Positions 39,729-50,517 of a stretch of 64,000 nucleotides of DNA are shown piece by piece. The notes beneath the pieces are model-generated. The model saw only the letters and a program-made list of their open reading frames with translations. It was not told the DNA's origin and made no database searches. The position numbers and the translations under genes were made by a program. The first letter of the stretch is position 1. Every line of letters begins with the position of its first letter. The DNA lies in assembly GCA_043424895.1 (NCBI GenBank), contig JBHWPN010000093.1, positions 2,832 through 66,831 on the forward strand, given 5' to 3'. Source of the stretch: Rothia sp. (in: high G+C Gram-positive bacteria) (GTDB lineage: Bacteria; Actinomycetota; Actinomycetes; Actinomycetales; Micrococcaceae).

Positions 39729-40868
39729 CTACCGCAGAAAGTCTCCCATGTTACGACGGCCTACTACCTGTCCCGAGTCAGGAGCCACGATAACGGTCTG
39801 GGACGCCGCGTAGTCCACGGTAGGTGCCTTATTCTCGCCGTCCTCTGATGACGATTCTTCGCGGACAATAAGTTGCGCGTCAGGATCCACATTTCGCTTA
39901 ATAACAGCAAGTGCAATCGGACCTGCCTCGTGGTGCAAAGCCACCGACGTTACGCGTCCTACTTTCTTAGCTCCCGAATACACCGCTGCCCCTACAGGGG
40001 GTTGCGTATGCTCAGTACCATCGAGATCAAGAAAAACTAGACGGCGGGGCGGATGTCCGAGGTTGTGTACGCGAGCAACAGTTTCTTGCCCCTTGTAACA
40101 GCCCTTGTTGAGGTGCACAGCGGTACGCAACAAATCTAATTCGTGAGGAATAGTTTTCTCGTCGATCTCGTTGGCAGCGCGAGGACGCCACGCCTCAATT
40201 CGTAGGGCTTCAGCAGCCCACATACCGGCCAGTTCGCAGCTCTCACCGAGCGGCTCAAGGTGCGCGGCAGGCAGCACGTACAGATACCGGTTACGGTCTG
40301 CCCCCGGATGCTCTTCAGTTTGAGCATAGCTAAAACCACCGGCCACAATACCCGGCCAGGGGTCTCGCCACATCACAGCATCCTTGAGTACCTGCGGTGC
40401 ATTCTCTAACTCGCGCATATTCTGCTGAGAACCTACCACGGCGAAATCATCGGTGCGGTTTTCAATGTCAACGCGCAACATGAACTTCATGCTGTTCAAA
40501 AAGTCAGTGAGTGGTTGCGCTTGATCGCGTTCTACTATCAACCACATCGTTTCATTCGCCTCAACAGCATGGGCGTAGAACTCAATACGACCTTGAACAG
40601 ACATCAACAGCAACTCGCTCCCCTGCGTAGCATCCGGAGAGGTCATCACCTGAGATGACAAGGTAGTAAGCCACGTAGCTCGGTCTGCACCGGTTACGGT
40701 CACAACGCCTACATGAGAAAAATCAACGATGACGGGCTGCTCAGTACTACGAGCTAAACGACGCTGCTCACGCATCGGATCGCCATAGTGTGCCGCCACG
40801 CCCGCGTCCGCTCCGGTCGCTAAGAAGGTGCCGTATCGCTGCATTAAAGGACTGACGTACTCACTCAT
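39729..40868 (-). CDS. ygfZ: Folate-binding protein YgfZ (GcvT-like)
   Basis: KGCYKGQETVAR signature. Confidence 0.9.
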   Translation of the reverse strand: MSEYVSPLMQRYGTFLATGADAGVAAHYGDPMREQRRLARSTEQPVIVDFSHVGVVTVTGADRATWLTTLSSQVMTSPDATQGSELLLMSVQGRIEFYAHAVEANETMWLIVERDQAQPLTDFLNSMKFMLRVDIENRTDDFAVVGSQQNMRELENAPQVLKDAVMWRDPWPGIVAGGFSYAQTEEHPGADRNRYLYVLPAAHLEPLGESCELAGMWAAEALRIEAWRPRAANEIDEKTIPHELDLLRTAVHLNKGCYKGQETVARVHNLGHPPRRLVFLDLDGTEHTQPPVGAAVYSGAKKVGRVTSVALHHEAGPIALAVIKRNVDPDAQLIVREESSSEDGENKAPTVDYAASQTVIVAPDSGQVVGRRNMGDFLR

Positions 40869-41542
40869 TATTTTTCGTTGCCTTCTTCGCCTTCATCCAA
40901 CGAGCCGAACATAGTAGTACCCAGCGATTCACCGCTCATGCTCGAGGTTTTACGCAGTTCTGCGGACGCGTGTTTTTCAAGTTTCTTGGTTTGGGGATTA
41001 GCGGTTTCCCAGTCCCACATCAGGTTGCCGTTGACAAGTCCCCACAGACGAACTGAACCTGCGTATTCCTTAGAGATTTCATCGCGCATGAGGTTACCGG
41101 TCTGCATACGAACTACCGGCCCCTTCACCATGCCCACGTAGTTCTCGCTGATACCGCCGGGGTGACTAATGGTCGCCATAATGTTGAAGCCATCATCGGC
41201 ATTACGCAACTTTTCAACGGACTCGGCATCGGCAAACTCAGGCACGATATCTGCAGCTACGAGACCCGGGCCAACGTCTCCGTCTTTCTGCTCTCGGTCA
41301 ATCTGCCAGAACCCAGTTTCAACAGAAATTGGACGCAGTTTGTTGCCATCATCATCTAACAAGAATGACTCGGCACGGTATTCGATGAAAGGAAGACCGT
41401 CTTGGGTGAAGGTAATAATCTGCCCAAAAGGAGTCTGTTCTTCACCTTCATACCAGAGCGATCCGGTACCTTCCCAGGTGCCAAGCATCCAAGAAAGCGG
41501 TACGAGTTCAGGTGAAAGATTTGAGGGAATTTCAATAGCCAT
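40868..41542 (-). CDS. FABP-like / nitrobindin family protein
   Basis: PLSWMLGTWEG and ETGFW motifs, C-terminal HASAEL; ygfZ-glnR-mshD neighbourhood as for mycobacterial Rv0813c. Confidence 0.78.
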   Translation of the reverse strand: MAIEIPSNLSPELVPLSWMLGTWEGTGSLWYEGEEQTPFGQIITFTQDGLPFIEYRAESFLLDDDGNKLRPISVETGFWQIDREQKDGDVGPGLVAADIVPEFADAESVEKLRNADDGFNIMATISHPGGISENYVGMVKGPVVRMQTGNLMRDEISKEYAGSVRLWGLVNGNLMWDWETANPQTKKLEKHASAELRKTSSMSGESLGTTMFGSLDEGEEGNEK

Positions 41543-41679
41543 ATCTCTAGTCTATTACGGCGCTAAATACTTGGGCAGGCAGTTATCCCGGCGGTGAACA
41601 GATGCTACCCGTTTTGCTACTGATACAAGAAAGCGGCTAGAACCGGTGAAGGTCCCAGCCGCTAAAAGAGGTTAGCTTC

Positions 41680-44001
41680 TTACTTCTTGCGTGATTTGTT
41701 CAAAGCGATAAGTGCCACAATTACTGACGCGAAAGATGCTCCTAATGCGAGCAAGGTTTTGTTGGAAAAACGCTGGGTGGGTGTAACTGTAGGCTCAGCT
41801 ACCGCAGGGCGTGAAAGCTCTGATGCTACATACACCGGTTCGTTCTTATCTGTGTCAGCAACCCTCGTCTCATCAGGAATGATTGCCTGCGCCGCGGTTC
41901 CCGGTGCCACCGTTTCTGCCACAATAACGATACTTGAGGTAGCGGTCTCAGGTTCCCGGTTATCAGCGTGATGTTTATCAGCAGCTTCTTGCAGTGCTGA
42001 TGAGTTACGCAAGGGCGGGACCTTGAAGAACAGCGAGAGAATAAAGGCCACCAGAATTGCCCCAAAGCCTACCCAATAAACCGTTACAGCTGAGTCTGTA
42101 AAACCGCGCATGAACGGACGGGTCAACCGCGCATCGGCACCATCAAGGTATGAAGTATCCGAGGTAGACGCAGATTCGTCGGTGGCAGAGCTATCGGAAT
42201 CAGCCCTGTTCGAGATTTCCTCTGACATCTGAGGAGCTAACTGATCCACCCAGTATCCGCGCTGTTCATCATTAGCCCAATCAACGGTCAAGGTACCGTT
42301 TGAAACGGTTGCGTGAGCCTGCTCAGCAGCTGCGTTCAATGCCTGCTCTTCTGCTGCACCCTGATTTTCAGCAACCTGCTGGTCGATAATTCCCTGGGTA
42401 GCTTCTGCGGGAATCTCACCGGCATCAACACGAGATTGGACGCCTGCAGTTACCTGATCGCGCACGGCCTGATCAGCGGCAGCCTTTGCCTGGTTAGCAC
42501 CCTCATCAAGCTGGGTCTGAATATTGCTCTTAGCCGGATCAATAATCTTGTTCCACATCTGATCCATCACACCGGCGTTCTGCGGTGCAGTGGCTACGGC
42601 CGGGTTGGTTGCCGCGTCCAAACCTGAACGAAGGTCATTTTCATTGCCCATAGCGCTCATGATGTTATTTGGCATTGCGGTAAACAAAACTGACAGTAGA
42701 ACCGCGGTACCCATGGTTCCACCAATCTGGCGGAAGAAGGTTGCTGCCGAAGTAGCCACACCCATATCGCGCGGTTGTACCGCATTCTGAGTTGCCAAGG
42801 TCAACGACTGCATCAACTGGCCCATGCCTGAACCAATGATGAACATACCAATCATCAAGAACCACAGCGGACGGTCAGCCGTCAAGAATGTCAGGTAGAA
42901 GTACCCTGCAGTTACCAAGAAAGTACCGACAATAGGGAAAATACGGTACTTACCGGTCTTCGCCACAATCTGTCCAGAAACAATCGATGAGAGCATAATA
43001 CCCGCCATCATCGGCAAGGTTGCCAGACCAGATTCAGTGGGAGTCAAACCCACAACAATCTGAAGGTACAGCGGAATAGTCATCATGGCGCCGAACATCG
43101 CAAAGCCCACAAGGAAGCCCAGGACAGTTGACATCGAGAAAGTACCGTTGCCAAAGAGGTGAAGCGGGATAATCGCATCCTGCCCCATCTTTGATTCAAC
43201 AATCAAAAATGCGATCAAACCCAGACCAGCAACCACGTAGGCGGTGATCGATGCGGTAGAGCCCCAGCCCCACTCGCGTCCCTGCTCTGCAACGAGCAAA
43301 AGAGGAACAAGGGCAACGATAACGAACGTTGCACCCCACCAGTCAATGCGAGGTTTTTCTGCCTTAGTGCCAAATGAGGGAAGATGCAAGAACTTCCACA
43401 CCATAGCTAATGCAACAATGCCGATGGGAACATTCACCAAGAATACCCAACGCCAACCGGTTACCCAGAGAAGGCTGTCAGCACCGGCAAACACACCGCC
43501 AATCAGCGGGCCAAGAACTGATGAGATACCGAAGATAGCCAAGAAGTAACCCTGGTATTTGGCGCGCTCACGGGGAGCAAGCATATCGCCCATAATCGCC
43601 ATAGGCAGTGACATCAACGCACCCGCACCGATGCCCTGGAAGGCGCGGAAAGCAGCCAGCATCATCATGGATTCAGAGAACGAAGACAGCAACGAACCCA
43701 GAATAAAAACACCGATACCGAACAGGTAGAGCGGACGGCGCCCAAAGATATCAGAGAGCTTGCCATAAATGGGGGTAGAGATAGTGGATGTAATCATGTA
43801 GGCGGTGGTCACCCACGCCTGTTGCTCAAGTCCGTGAAGATCATCGCCGATAGTACGAATTGCGGTAGAGACGATGGTCTGGTCTAGAGACGACAAAAAC
43901 ATGCCGGCCATAAGGCCAACGATGACAAGCGTTATCTGACGCTGAGTCATCACCGGTTGCGCAGATGCGGAGTTCGTGCGTTCCGCGGGGGCAGCTGACA
44001 T
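41680..44001 (-). CDS. DHA2-family (14-TM) MFS efflux transporter with a large late insertion
   Basis: LDQTIVSTA, YGKLSDIFGRR, WRWVFLVNVPIG and FFRQIGG motifs; 773 aa. Confidence 0.88.
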   Translation of the reverse strand: MSAAPAERTNSASAQPVMTQRQITLVIVGLMAGMFLSSLDQTIVSTAIRTIGDDLHGLEQQAWVTTAYMITSTISTPIYGKLSDIFGRRPLYLFGIGVFILGSLLSSFSESMMMLAAFRAFQGIGAGALMSLPMAIMGDMLAPRERAKYQGYFLAIFGISSVLGPLIGGVFAGADSLLWVTGWRWVFLVNVPIGIVALAMVWKFLHLPSFGTKAEKPRIDWWGATFVIVALVPLLLVAEQGREWGWGSTASITAYVVAGLGLIAFLIVESKMGQDAIIPLHLFGNGTFSMSTVLGFLVGFAMFGAMMTIPLYLQIVVGLTPTESGLATLPMMAGIMLSSIVSGQIVAKTGKYRIFPIVGTFLVTAGYFYLTFLTADRPLWFLMIGMFIIGSGMGQLMQSLTLATQNAVQPRDMGVATSAATFFRQIGGTMGTAVLLSVLFTAMPNNIMSAMGNENDLRSGLDAATNPAVATAPQNAGVMDQMWNKIIDPAKSNIQTQLDEGANQAKAAADQAVRDQVTAGVQSRVDAGEIPAEATQGIIDQQVAENQGAAEEQALNAAAEQAHATVSNGTLTVDWANDEQRGYWVDQLAPQMSEEISNRADSDSSATDESASTSDTSYLDGADARLTRPFMRGFTDSAVTVYWVGFGAILVAFILSLFFKVPPLRNSSALQEAADKHHADNREPETATSSIVIVAETVAPGTAAQAIIPDETRVADTDKNEPVYVASELSRPAVAEPTVTPTQRFSNKTLLALGASFASVIVALIALNKSRKK

Positions 44002-44220
44002 TTAAACCTGCACTTTGAAGTAGATAAAAACTATATGTAAGACTCACCAATAATAGATGCACTTCTGCAAGTTTTGCACTACTGCAAGATATTTTTTGAA
44101 GGTTTGGGAGCATAAACACATCTTGATGCTCCTGGCATCACACTCACCAAGTTCCGAGGGCATAAAAATGGAGTTGCCAGCTACTTCGCCGGCAACCCCA
44201 CTCGAATATAAAAAGGTACT

Positions 44221-44331
44221 TTACTTCTGACCCCGGAAGAGACCGCGAATAACTGCAGCCATACCGCCGAAGATAAATACAAATGCTCCACCCAAAAGGC
44301 AGAGGAAGAGAATTTCTAGTGCTTGAATCAT
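44221..44331 (-). CDS. Small single-TM protein (36 aa), below the ORF-track cutoff
   Basis: MIQALEILFLCLLGGAFVFIFGGMAAVIRGLFRGQK. Starts 4 nt after the upstream gene's stop and is followed by a hairpin near 44170-44199. Confidence 0.65.
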   Translation of the reverse strand: MIQALEILFLCLLGGAFVFIFGGMAAVIRGLFRGQK

Positions 44332-44335
44332 GGTT

Positions 44336-45094
44336 TTACCCTAGCACATAGGTGAGAAAGGTCGCACTCGTATAACCCACAACGCCGATAAATGCTACGG
44401 GTGTTACGCCAAGTGTTAAGGCACCACGACGGGGTCCCTCTTTCGGACCTGCGGAAATGATACGCAAACCGATCAGTCCCACCAGAAGCGCAAAAATCAC
44501 GCCGGTGAGCAAAATAGGCAGAGCACCACCCGGGGTGTCATAAATTCGAGAGATTCCCACCCATCCAGCTGCAGAAACCGAGGCAAGCACACCTGTCACA
44601 CAAGAGATAGTGGATTCCAAGCGTCCTTGCGACCCTTCACCGCGCACCAATTCCACTAAAAAGCTACACACGATACCCACCGCAGCCACGAGAGGCAACA
44701 TTGCCAGACGGCCAACAGACGGGGTTGTCAAAGCTAACCCCACCGACACCAGACCGGAGAGCAAAATAATGGTGGAATGCTGATAAATCCGGTGGGTGCC
44801 GCGTAGCTCAGCCACACCTGTAGCCGCAGGCCAACCACCTGCCACCAGTGCCACAACCCCCACACACACCGCTGCCGACACATACGGGTGAATAATAGAT
44901 GCGACCACCACCGCCAACAAAGTAACGCACGCAGCAATACCAACTAAGCGATAGCGCGATCGAGGAGAGGCACCAATAGCCCCCATACGCCCTTCATACA
45001 TCTTGCGACGCTGCTTATCGCGAATCTGCTTGAGCTCAGGAACGAAGGTACGCAACTTGGTGGTCTGTGCATCTGAGTATTCAGGGTGAGTCAC
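44336..45094 (-). CDS. Conserved hypothetical multi-pass membrane protein
   Basis: Several hydrophobic segments; divergent from glnR. Start is uncertain (GTG 45094 chosen). Confidence 0.7.
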   Translation of the reverse strand: MTHPEYSDAQTTKLRTFVPELKQIRDKQRRKMYEGRMGAIGASPRSRYRLVGIAACVTLLAVVVASIIHPYVSAAVCVGVVALVAGGWPAATGVAELRGTHRIYQHSTIILLSGLVSVGLALTTPSVGRLAMLPLVAAVGIVCSFLVELVRGEGSQGRLESTISCVTGVLASVSAAGWVGISRIYDTPGGALPILLTGVIFALLVGLIGLRIISAGPKEGPRRGALTLGVTPVAFIGVVGYTSATFLTYVLG

Positions 45095-45279
45095 GGTGAG
45101 TTCTAACGTCTTTCGCCTTGGGCACAGAAGTGCGGTGAGTGGTGAAACTTTATTACACACCATCTTGCTCTGTGAAACGCTTTTTCTAAAGGTTCGCGGT
45201 TGTGTTTTGTAGTATTAATTTTGGAAATTGTGTCTTTTACTAAGGAATCTCCTTGTTACAGATGGACTGGAGGTGAAGC

Positions 45280-45972
45280 ATGACGCACCTGATGCTGTTA
45301 TCAGATACTGCCTCTTCAGGCGGTGAGGTTTTACCTGCCCTAGATTTGCTGAGTCACAAGGTCACTGTGCTTCCGCTGTCCACCGATTCAAGCGTCCTTA
45401 TCCGCGAGGCTGGAGCCATTATTTTGATTGATGCTCGGGAGGCCCTAGTGATGGCTCGCAATACGGCTCAGCTTCTCAAGTCTTCAGGTCTAAATACTCC
45501 TTTATTGATGGTGCTTACCGAAGGCGGCATGGCTGCGGTTTCTAGCCAGTGGCTTGTTGACGACATTCTTCTTGAAACAGCTGGTCCGGCTGAACTTGAA
45601 GCACGCCTGCGTTTGGCATCAGCACATTCTGCCCAAGAAGAAACCGATGACTCAATCATTCGCAGTGGCGAAGTGACTATCGATGAGGCATCCTACACCG
45701 CACGGTTAGCAGGTGCTCCTCTCAACCTCACCTATAAAGAGTTCGAACTTTTGAAATTTTTAGCACAGCACCCCGGACGCGTGTTTACTCGCGCGCAGTT
45801 ACTTTCAGAAGTCTGGGGGTACGACTATTACGGTGGTACGCGCACCGTTGATGTTCACATTCGCCGGTTGCGTTCAAAACTGGGATCTGACCACGAGCAC
45901 ATGATTTCGACCGTGCGAAATGTTGGCTACAGTTTCAACGCCCAGCGCTCTTCATCTAAAGATGACATCTAA
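45280..45972 (+). CDS. glnR: OmpR-family orphan response regulator, GlnR type
   Basis: [12 protein letters not shown] and [21 protein letters not shown] wHTH; atypical receiver; directly upstream of mshD as with Rv0818-Rv0819. Confidence 0.8.
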   Translation: MTHLMLLSDTASSGGEVLPALDLLSHKVTVLPLSTDSSVLIREAGAIILIDAREALVMARNTAQLLKSSGLNTPLLMVLTEGGMAAVSSQWLVDDILLETAGPAELEARLRLASAHSAQEETDDSIIRSGEVTIDEASYTARLAGAPLNLTYKEFELLKFLAQHPGRVFTRAQLLSEVWGYDYYGGTRTVDVHIRRLRSKLGSDHEHMISTVRNVGYSFNAQRSSSKDDI

Positions 45973-46069
45973 GTAAACCTTCTGGCGTAACTTCGACTCT
46001 ATTTACCTTAGATTTCTGGGTTTTGGGTAGAGTAAATAGGTAAGTATGAGCTAGAGACGAAGGAATACT

Positions 46070-47080
46070 ATGCACACTGAGCATAAAGGCAGTGCCCCGC
46101 TAGAAAGCGATATGAACGCTGAGCACCTTGCCCAGTTCGAAGCCTTTGTTGAGGCGGTGACCGCCCACGATGGCACCTCGCCTTTTTCTGAGCAAACCCT
46201 CGTTGCTGTGCGACAAGAAAGCTCAGCTCGTACTGAAAATCCCGCTAACCAAGATACCCCTAAAGCTCGTCTGTTCTGTTTTATCAATGATTCAGCAGAG
46301 ATTTTAGGTGCGTGGGTGGCCGTTTTACCCACAGCCGATTCTGCAGGTGTACTTGAAGGGGCTGTTGCCCCGAAACATCGCCACAGCGGAGTAGCTGCGC
46401 GCTTGGTCTCATTTGTTGTTAATGAGCTCGGTCAAGAAAACCTTGATTGCTACACTGCATGGGTTCATCAGGTTCTCACTGACGACGGCGGAACAATAGC
46501 GGCTGCTGCTGAGCATCTGGCTACTAAGTATGGCTTTACCCCCGTACGAGAGTTGCACAAGATGGCAATTAAACTCACCGATGAAAGCCGCACTCACATT
46601 GCAGATGCCAGTGCCGCTGCTTCATTACCCGAAGGTGCCACGGTGAAAACCTTTGAGCCCGATACCGATGCTCTAGCATGGCTGACCCTGAACGCGGCTG
46701 CTTTCGCCTCGCATCCGGAGCAAGGAAAACTCACTCACGATGACTTGGCACAGCGCATGGAAAGTTCCTGGTTTGATGCCAAGGGGTTTTTTATCGCTCA
46801 CGCCCCCAATGGGTTAGCAGGTTATCACTGGACCAAAGTTGAAACGGCAGAAGAAGGCGAAGTCTACGCTGTAGGCATCTCTCCCGCCTGGCAGGGGAAA
46901 AAGCTGGGGAAGGCCCTGACACTCACCGGCATGAAATACCTCGCGCAGTACCGCACTGCAGACGATACTCAGCTTGAGCGCATCGTCCTCTACGTCGACG
47001 ATGAGAACCAAGCCGCCATGCATCTTTATCGCGCACTAGGTTTTACCGACCTCAGTGTAGATCGCATGTACACCCACTAA
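46070..47080 (+). CDS. mshD: Mycothiol synthase
   Basis: Tandem GNAT with DGTSPFSEQ, AFASHPEQG, GYHWTK, GEVYAVG and LYVDDEN motifs. Confidence 0.9.
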   Translation: MHTEHKGSAPLESDMNAEHLAQFEAFVEAVTAHDGTSPFSEQTLVAVRQESSARTENPANQDTPKARLFCFINDSAEILGAWVAVLPTADSAGVLEGAVAPKHRHSGVAARLVSFVVNELGQENLDCYTAWVHQVLTDDGGTIAAAAEHLATKYGFTPVRELHKMAIKLTDESRTHIADASAAASLPEGATVKTFEPDTDALAWLTLNAAAFASHPEQGKLTHDDLAQRMESSWFDAKGFFIAHAPNGLAGYHWTKVETAEEGEVYAVGISPAWQGKKLGKALTLTGMKYLAQYRTADDTQLERIVLYVDDENQAAMHLYRALGFTDLSVDRMYTH

Positions 47081-47131
47081 TTTTTATCAAGACCACCACC
47101 CAACCGAGTTATTACCGAAAAAGAGACGACA

Positions 47132-49357
47132 ATGAGTAAGACACCAGCTGCTGAGCACAAGCAGCCCCAAGAAGTTCACCACATTGCCACGGACATTAAT
47201 AAAATCGAACGAGCCGATACTCGCGGTGACCGCATCGATGTGGGCGAGAAAATTACACTCCCCCACCTTGCCGGCGACTTTGGTTCAGACCGCTTCTTAG
47301 ACCGCGAAACCAGCTGGTTGGACTTCAACACCCGCGTGCTTGAGCTCGCCGAAGACCCTAACCTGTTTCTGTTAGAGCGACTCAACTTTCTCTCCATCGT
47401 CACCAGCAACCTCGATGAGTTCTTTATGGTGCGCGTAGCCGGTCTCAAGCGTCGCATTGCCACCGGTATCGCTGTGCCTTCGGCTGCAGGTTTGACCCCC
47501 GAAGAACAGATGGAAGAGATCTCTGAAGCTGCACACCAGCTCCAGGAGCGTCAGGCTCATGTCTTCCGCGACCAGGTCTACCCCGAGCTTGAAAAAGAAG
47601 GCATTCGCATTGTCAGCTGGGAAGATATTGACGATGAGGCGAAGAAGCGATTGGGTGATTACTTCCGTCAAGAGGTATTCCCAATTCTCACCCCGCTCGC
47701 GGTAGACCCCGCGCATCCTTTCCCCTACATTTCGGGCCTGTCATTGAACTTGGCCGTTATTGTGCGTAACCCGCAGACCGGCAAGGAACTTTTTGCCCGT
47801 CTGAAGGTGCCCGATCAGTTAGATCGTATGATTCCGGTTTCTTCGATGCGCGATGTCAACTCACCGGGTAAGGAAGCTCTATTCATCCCGCTCGAAGCAA
47901 TTATTGCTGAGCACCTTGATATTCTCTTCCCCGGTATGGAGGTTGTAGAGCACCATGCTTTCCGCGTTACTCGTAACGAAGATTTAGAGGTTGAAGAGGA
48001 CGATGCAGAAAACCTCCTGAAGGCACTTGAAAAGGAACTTTTGCGCCGCCGCTTTGGCCCTCCTGTTCGCCTTGAAGTTGAAGACACCATTAACCCCAAT
48101 ATTCTTGAGCTTTTGGTGTCAGAACTTAGCGTGGTTGAGTCTGAAGTGTATAAACTTCCTGCACCTCTTGATTTGCGCGGTATGGCTCCCATCGTTCGCG
48201 CAAACCGTCCCGCGTTGCATTACCCCAAGCACGTTGCCCACACTTCACGCTGGTTGAATTCCACTGAAACGGCAAAGGCAGCGAAGGTATTTGCAGCAAC
48301 CCGCGAACACGATGTTCTTCTGCACCACCCCTACGATTCTTTTGCAACGTCCGTCCAAGCATTCTTGGAGCAGGCAGCTGCTGATCCTAACGTTCAAGCG
48401 ATTAAACAAACCCTGTACCGCACCTCTGGCGACTCTCCCATTGTGGATGCGCTCATTGAGGCAGCAGAAGCAGGTAAGCAGGTGCTGGCTCTAGTTGAGA
48501 TCAAGGCTCGATTTGATGAAGAAGCTAACATCAACTGGGCACGTAAGCTGGAACGCGCGGGTGTTCACGTGGTCTACGGCATCGTTGGTTTGAAGACCCA
48601 CTGCAAGCTCTCACTGGTGGTGCGTAAAGAAGCCGATGGACTGCGTCGCTATGCTCACATCGGTACAGGTAACTACCACCCCTCAACTGCGCGTTTCTAC
48701 GAAGATTTGGGTGTTATTACCTGCGATCAGCAGATTACCGAAGATGTTTCGCGCCTGTTTAACCAGCTCTCTGGTTACGCCCCGAAGACTACTTACCGCG
48801 AGCTTCTTGTTGCCCCGCGTTCACTGCGTTCAGGCTTGATTGACCGCATTAACAAGGAAATCGAGCACAAGATGGCTGGTCGCAAGGCAAAGATCCAGAT
48901 TAAGTGCAACTCTATGGTGGATGAGGCAATTATTGACTCGCTCTACCGTGCATCGCAGGCTGGGGTTGAAGTTAACGTGGTCGTTCGCGGTATCTGCGCG
49001 CTGCGTCCTAACGTTCCCGGTTTGAGCGAGAACATCAAGGTTCGCTCAATCTTGGGTCGCTTCTTAGAGCACTCGCGCATCTTCACCTTCGAAAACGCCG
49101 GTGAGCCTGTAGTCTTTATCGGTTCTGCAGATATGATGCACCGCAACCTTGACCGCCGCGTTGAAGCTCTCGTGCGCATCAAGCAGCGCGAGCACGTCAA
49201 ATACTTACTCGATATGTTCAGCAACTATATGGCAGAAACCACTAGCAACTGGCACCTTGACTCAGACGGCAAGTGGACGCGTCATCACCTGGACGCTGAA
49301 GGTAATCAGCTCAACGACGTTCAGCAGATGTACCTCGATTCACGCCGCAAAAAATAA
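47132..49357 (+). CDS. ppk1: Polyphosphate kinase 1
   Basis: [34 protein letters not shown] and FLEHSR motifs. Confidence 0.97.
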   Translation: MSKTPAAEHKQPQEVHHIATDINKIERADTRGDRIDVGEKITLPHLAGDFGSDRFLDRETSWLDFNTRVLELAEDPNLFLLERLNFLSIVTSNLDEFFMVRVAGLKRRIATGIAVPSAAGLTPEEQMEEISEAAHQLQERQAHVFRDQVYPELEKEGIRIVSWEDIDDEAKKRLGDYFRQEVFPILTPLAVDPAHPFPYISGLSLNLAVIVRNPQTGKELFARLKVPDQLDRMIPVSSMRDVNSPGKEALFIPLEAIIAEHLDILFPGMEVVEHHAFRVTRNEDLEVEEDDAENLLKALEKELLRRRFGPPVRLEVEDTINPNILELLVSELSVVESEVYKLPAPLDLRGMAPIVRANRPALHYPKHVAHTSRWLNSTETAKAAKVFAATREHDVLLHHPYDSFATSVQAFLEQAAADPNVQAIKQTLYRTSGDSPIVDALIEAAEAGKQVLALVEIKARFDEEANINWARKLERAGVHVVYGIVGLKTHCKLSLVVRKEADGLRRYAHIGTGNYHPSTARFYEDLGVITCDQQITEDVSRLFNQLSGYAPKTTYRELLVAPRSLRSGLIDRINKEIEHKMAGRKAKIQIKCNSMVDEAIIDSLYRASQAGVEVNVVVRGICALRPNVPGLSENIKVRSILGRFLEHSRIFTFENAGEPVVFIGSADMMHRNLDRRVEALVRIKQREHVKYLLDMFSNYMAETTSNWHLDSDGKWTRHHLDAEGNQLNDVQQMYLDSRRKK

Positions 49358-49438
49358 GTAGCACAGCGCGATAAAACCGGAGTATGCCCACATATTGAGG
49401 TACTACAACGGAACGTAACAGCGTAGCGCAGGTACTAG

Positions 49439-49476
49439 AATGTCCTTGGTAGTTCTTTACTACCAAGGACATTTTT
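49439..49476 (+). terminator. Intrinsic terminator after ppk1
   Basis: AATGTCCTTGGTAG / CTACCAAGGACATT followed by a T-tract. Confidence 0.8.
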
Positions 49477-49508
49477 GTACGGAACTTCAGAAAGTCATTC
49501 ACACGCAC

Positions 49509-50504
49509 ATGGCAAAAGATATGCTCTACTCTGCGGTACGACGCGACGGCGACTTTACCGTCGCCAAAACCTCAGACAATATGCTTGATGTTGTTGCCGC
49601 AGGCTGCCTTATTTGGCGAGAGAAAAAAGATCAGCTCGAAGTTCTGATTATTCACCGCCCTCACTACGATGACTGGTCATGGCCCAAGGGCAAGCAGGAT
49701 GCCGGTGAAACCATCGCCGAGACCGCTGTGCGCGAGGTTCGCGAAGAAGTGGGACTCAACGTAAAGCTGGGCGTACCTTTAGCTGTCACTAAGTACAAGG
49801 TCAAGCACGGCAAAAAAGAGGTTTTCTACTGGGCTGCTCGCACCACGGCAGCTGCTCATGCTCAGGCAGATTTGGGCGAAGTCGATGAACTCAGATGGGT
49901 GTCACCCAAGACCGCTCGTGAGATGCTCACCAACGAGACCGACCGTGAGCCTTTGGACGCGCTAGTAGATTTGCACGCCAACGGTAACCTTTATACCCGC
50001 CCGGTTATCATCGTGCGCCACGCAAAAGCAAAGCCTCGATCGTCATGGGCTGGTGCCGAAGGTGAACGTACTTTAGCCGCAACAGGTAAGCGTCAAGCAA
50101 TCGCCGTAGGCAAGCTACTTGAGGCCTGGGAACCTACCAAACTGATTTCCTCGCCGTGGGTTCGCTGCATGCAAACCGTGTCCCCGTATTCTAAGACCAG
50201 TGGCATAGTGATTAAACAAAAAGCGCCTCTTACCGAGGACGCTCATAAGGCTAACCCTCAAAAAGTTGCCAGAATTGTACAGGCTCTGTTCGATAAGGAC
50301 GACGCGGTAGCGCTGTGCACGCATCGCCCGGTTCTGCCTACGGTCTTGCAGGTTATCTCGGAGAATACCAGCAACAAACTAGCGTCCTTGTTGCCTACGG
50401 AGGATCCTTACCTCACCCCCGGAGAAATGATCGTGGTACATGTTGCTAAAAAGGGTGGCCGCAAAGCTATATCAGTAGAGCAGATTAAGCCCTTTAGCGA
50501 CTAG
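49509..50504 (+). CDS. NUDIX hydrolase with C-terminal histidine phosphatase domain (MutT1-like)
   Basis: HRPHYDDWSWPKGK...AVREVREEVG and VRHAKAK...SSPWVRC motifs; follows ppk1. Confidence 0.88.
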   Translation: MAKDMLYSAVRRDGDFTVAKTSDNMLDVVAAGCLIWREKKDQLEVLIIHRPHYDDWSWPKGKQDAGETIAETAVREVREEVGLNVKLGVPLAVTKYKVKHGKKEVFYWAARTTAAAHAQADLGEVDELRWVSPKTAREMLTNETDREPLDALVDLHANGNLYTRPVIIVRHAKAKPRSSWAGAEGERTLAATGKRQAIAVGKLLEAWEPTKLISSPWVRCMQTVSPYSKTSGIVIKQKAPLTEDAHKANPQKVARIVQALFDKDDAVALCTHRPVLPTVLQVISENTSNKLASLLPTEDPYLTPGEMIVVHVAKKGGRKAISVEQIKPFSD

Positions 50505-50517
50505 CTCAACGAAGCTA

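Noticed and set aside
45140..45270. Possible GlnR boxes upstream of glnR
   Set aside because: Only isolated GAAAC/GTAAC half-sites, without the expected 6-nt spacing.
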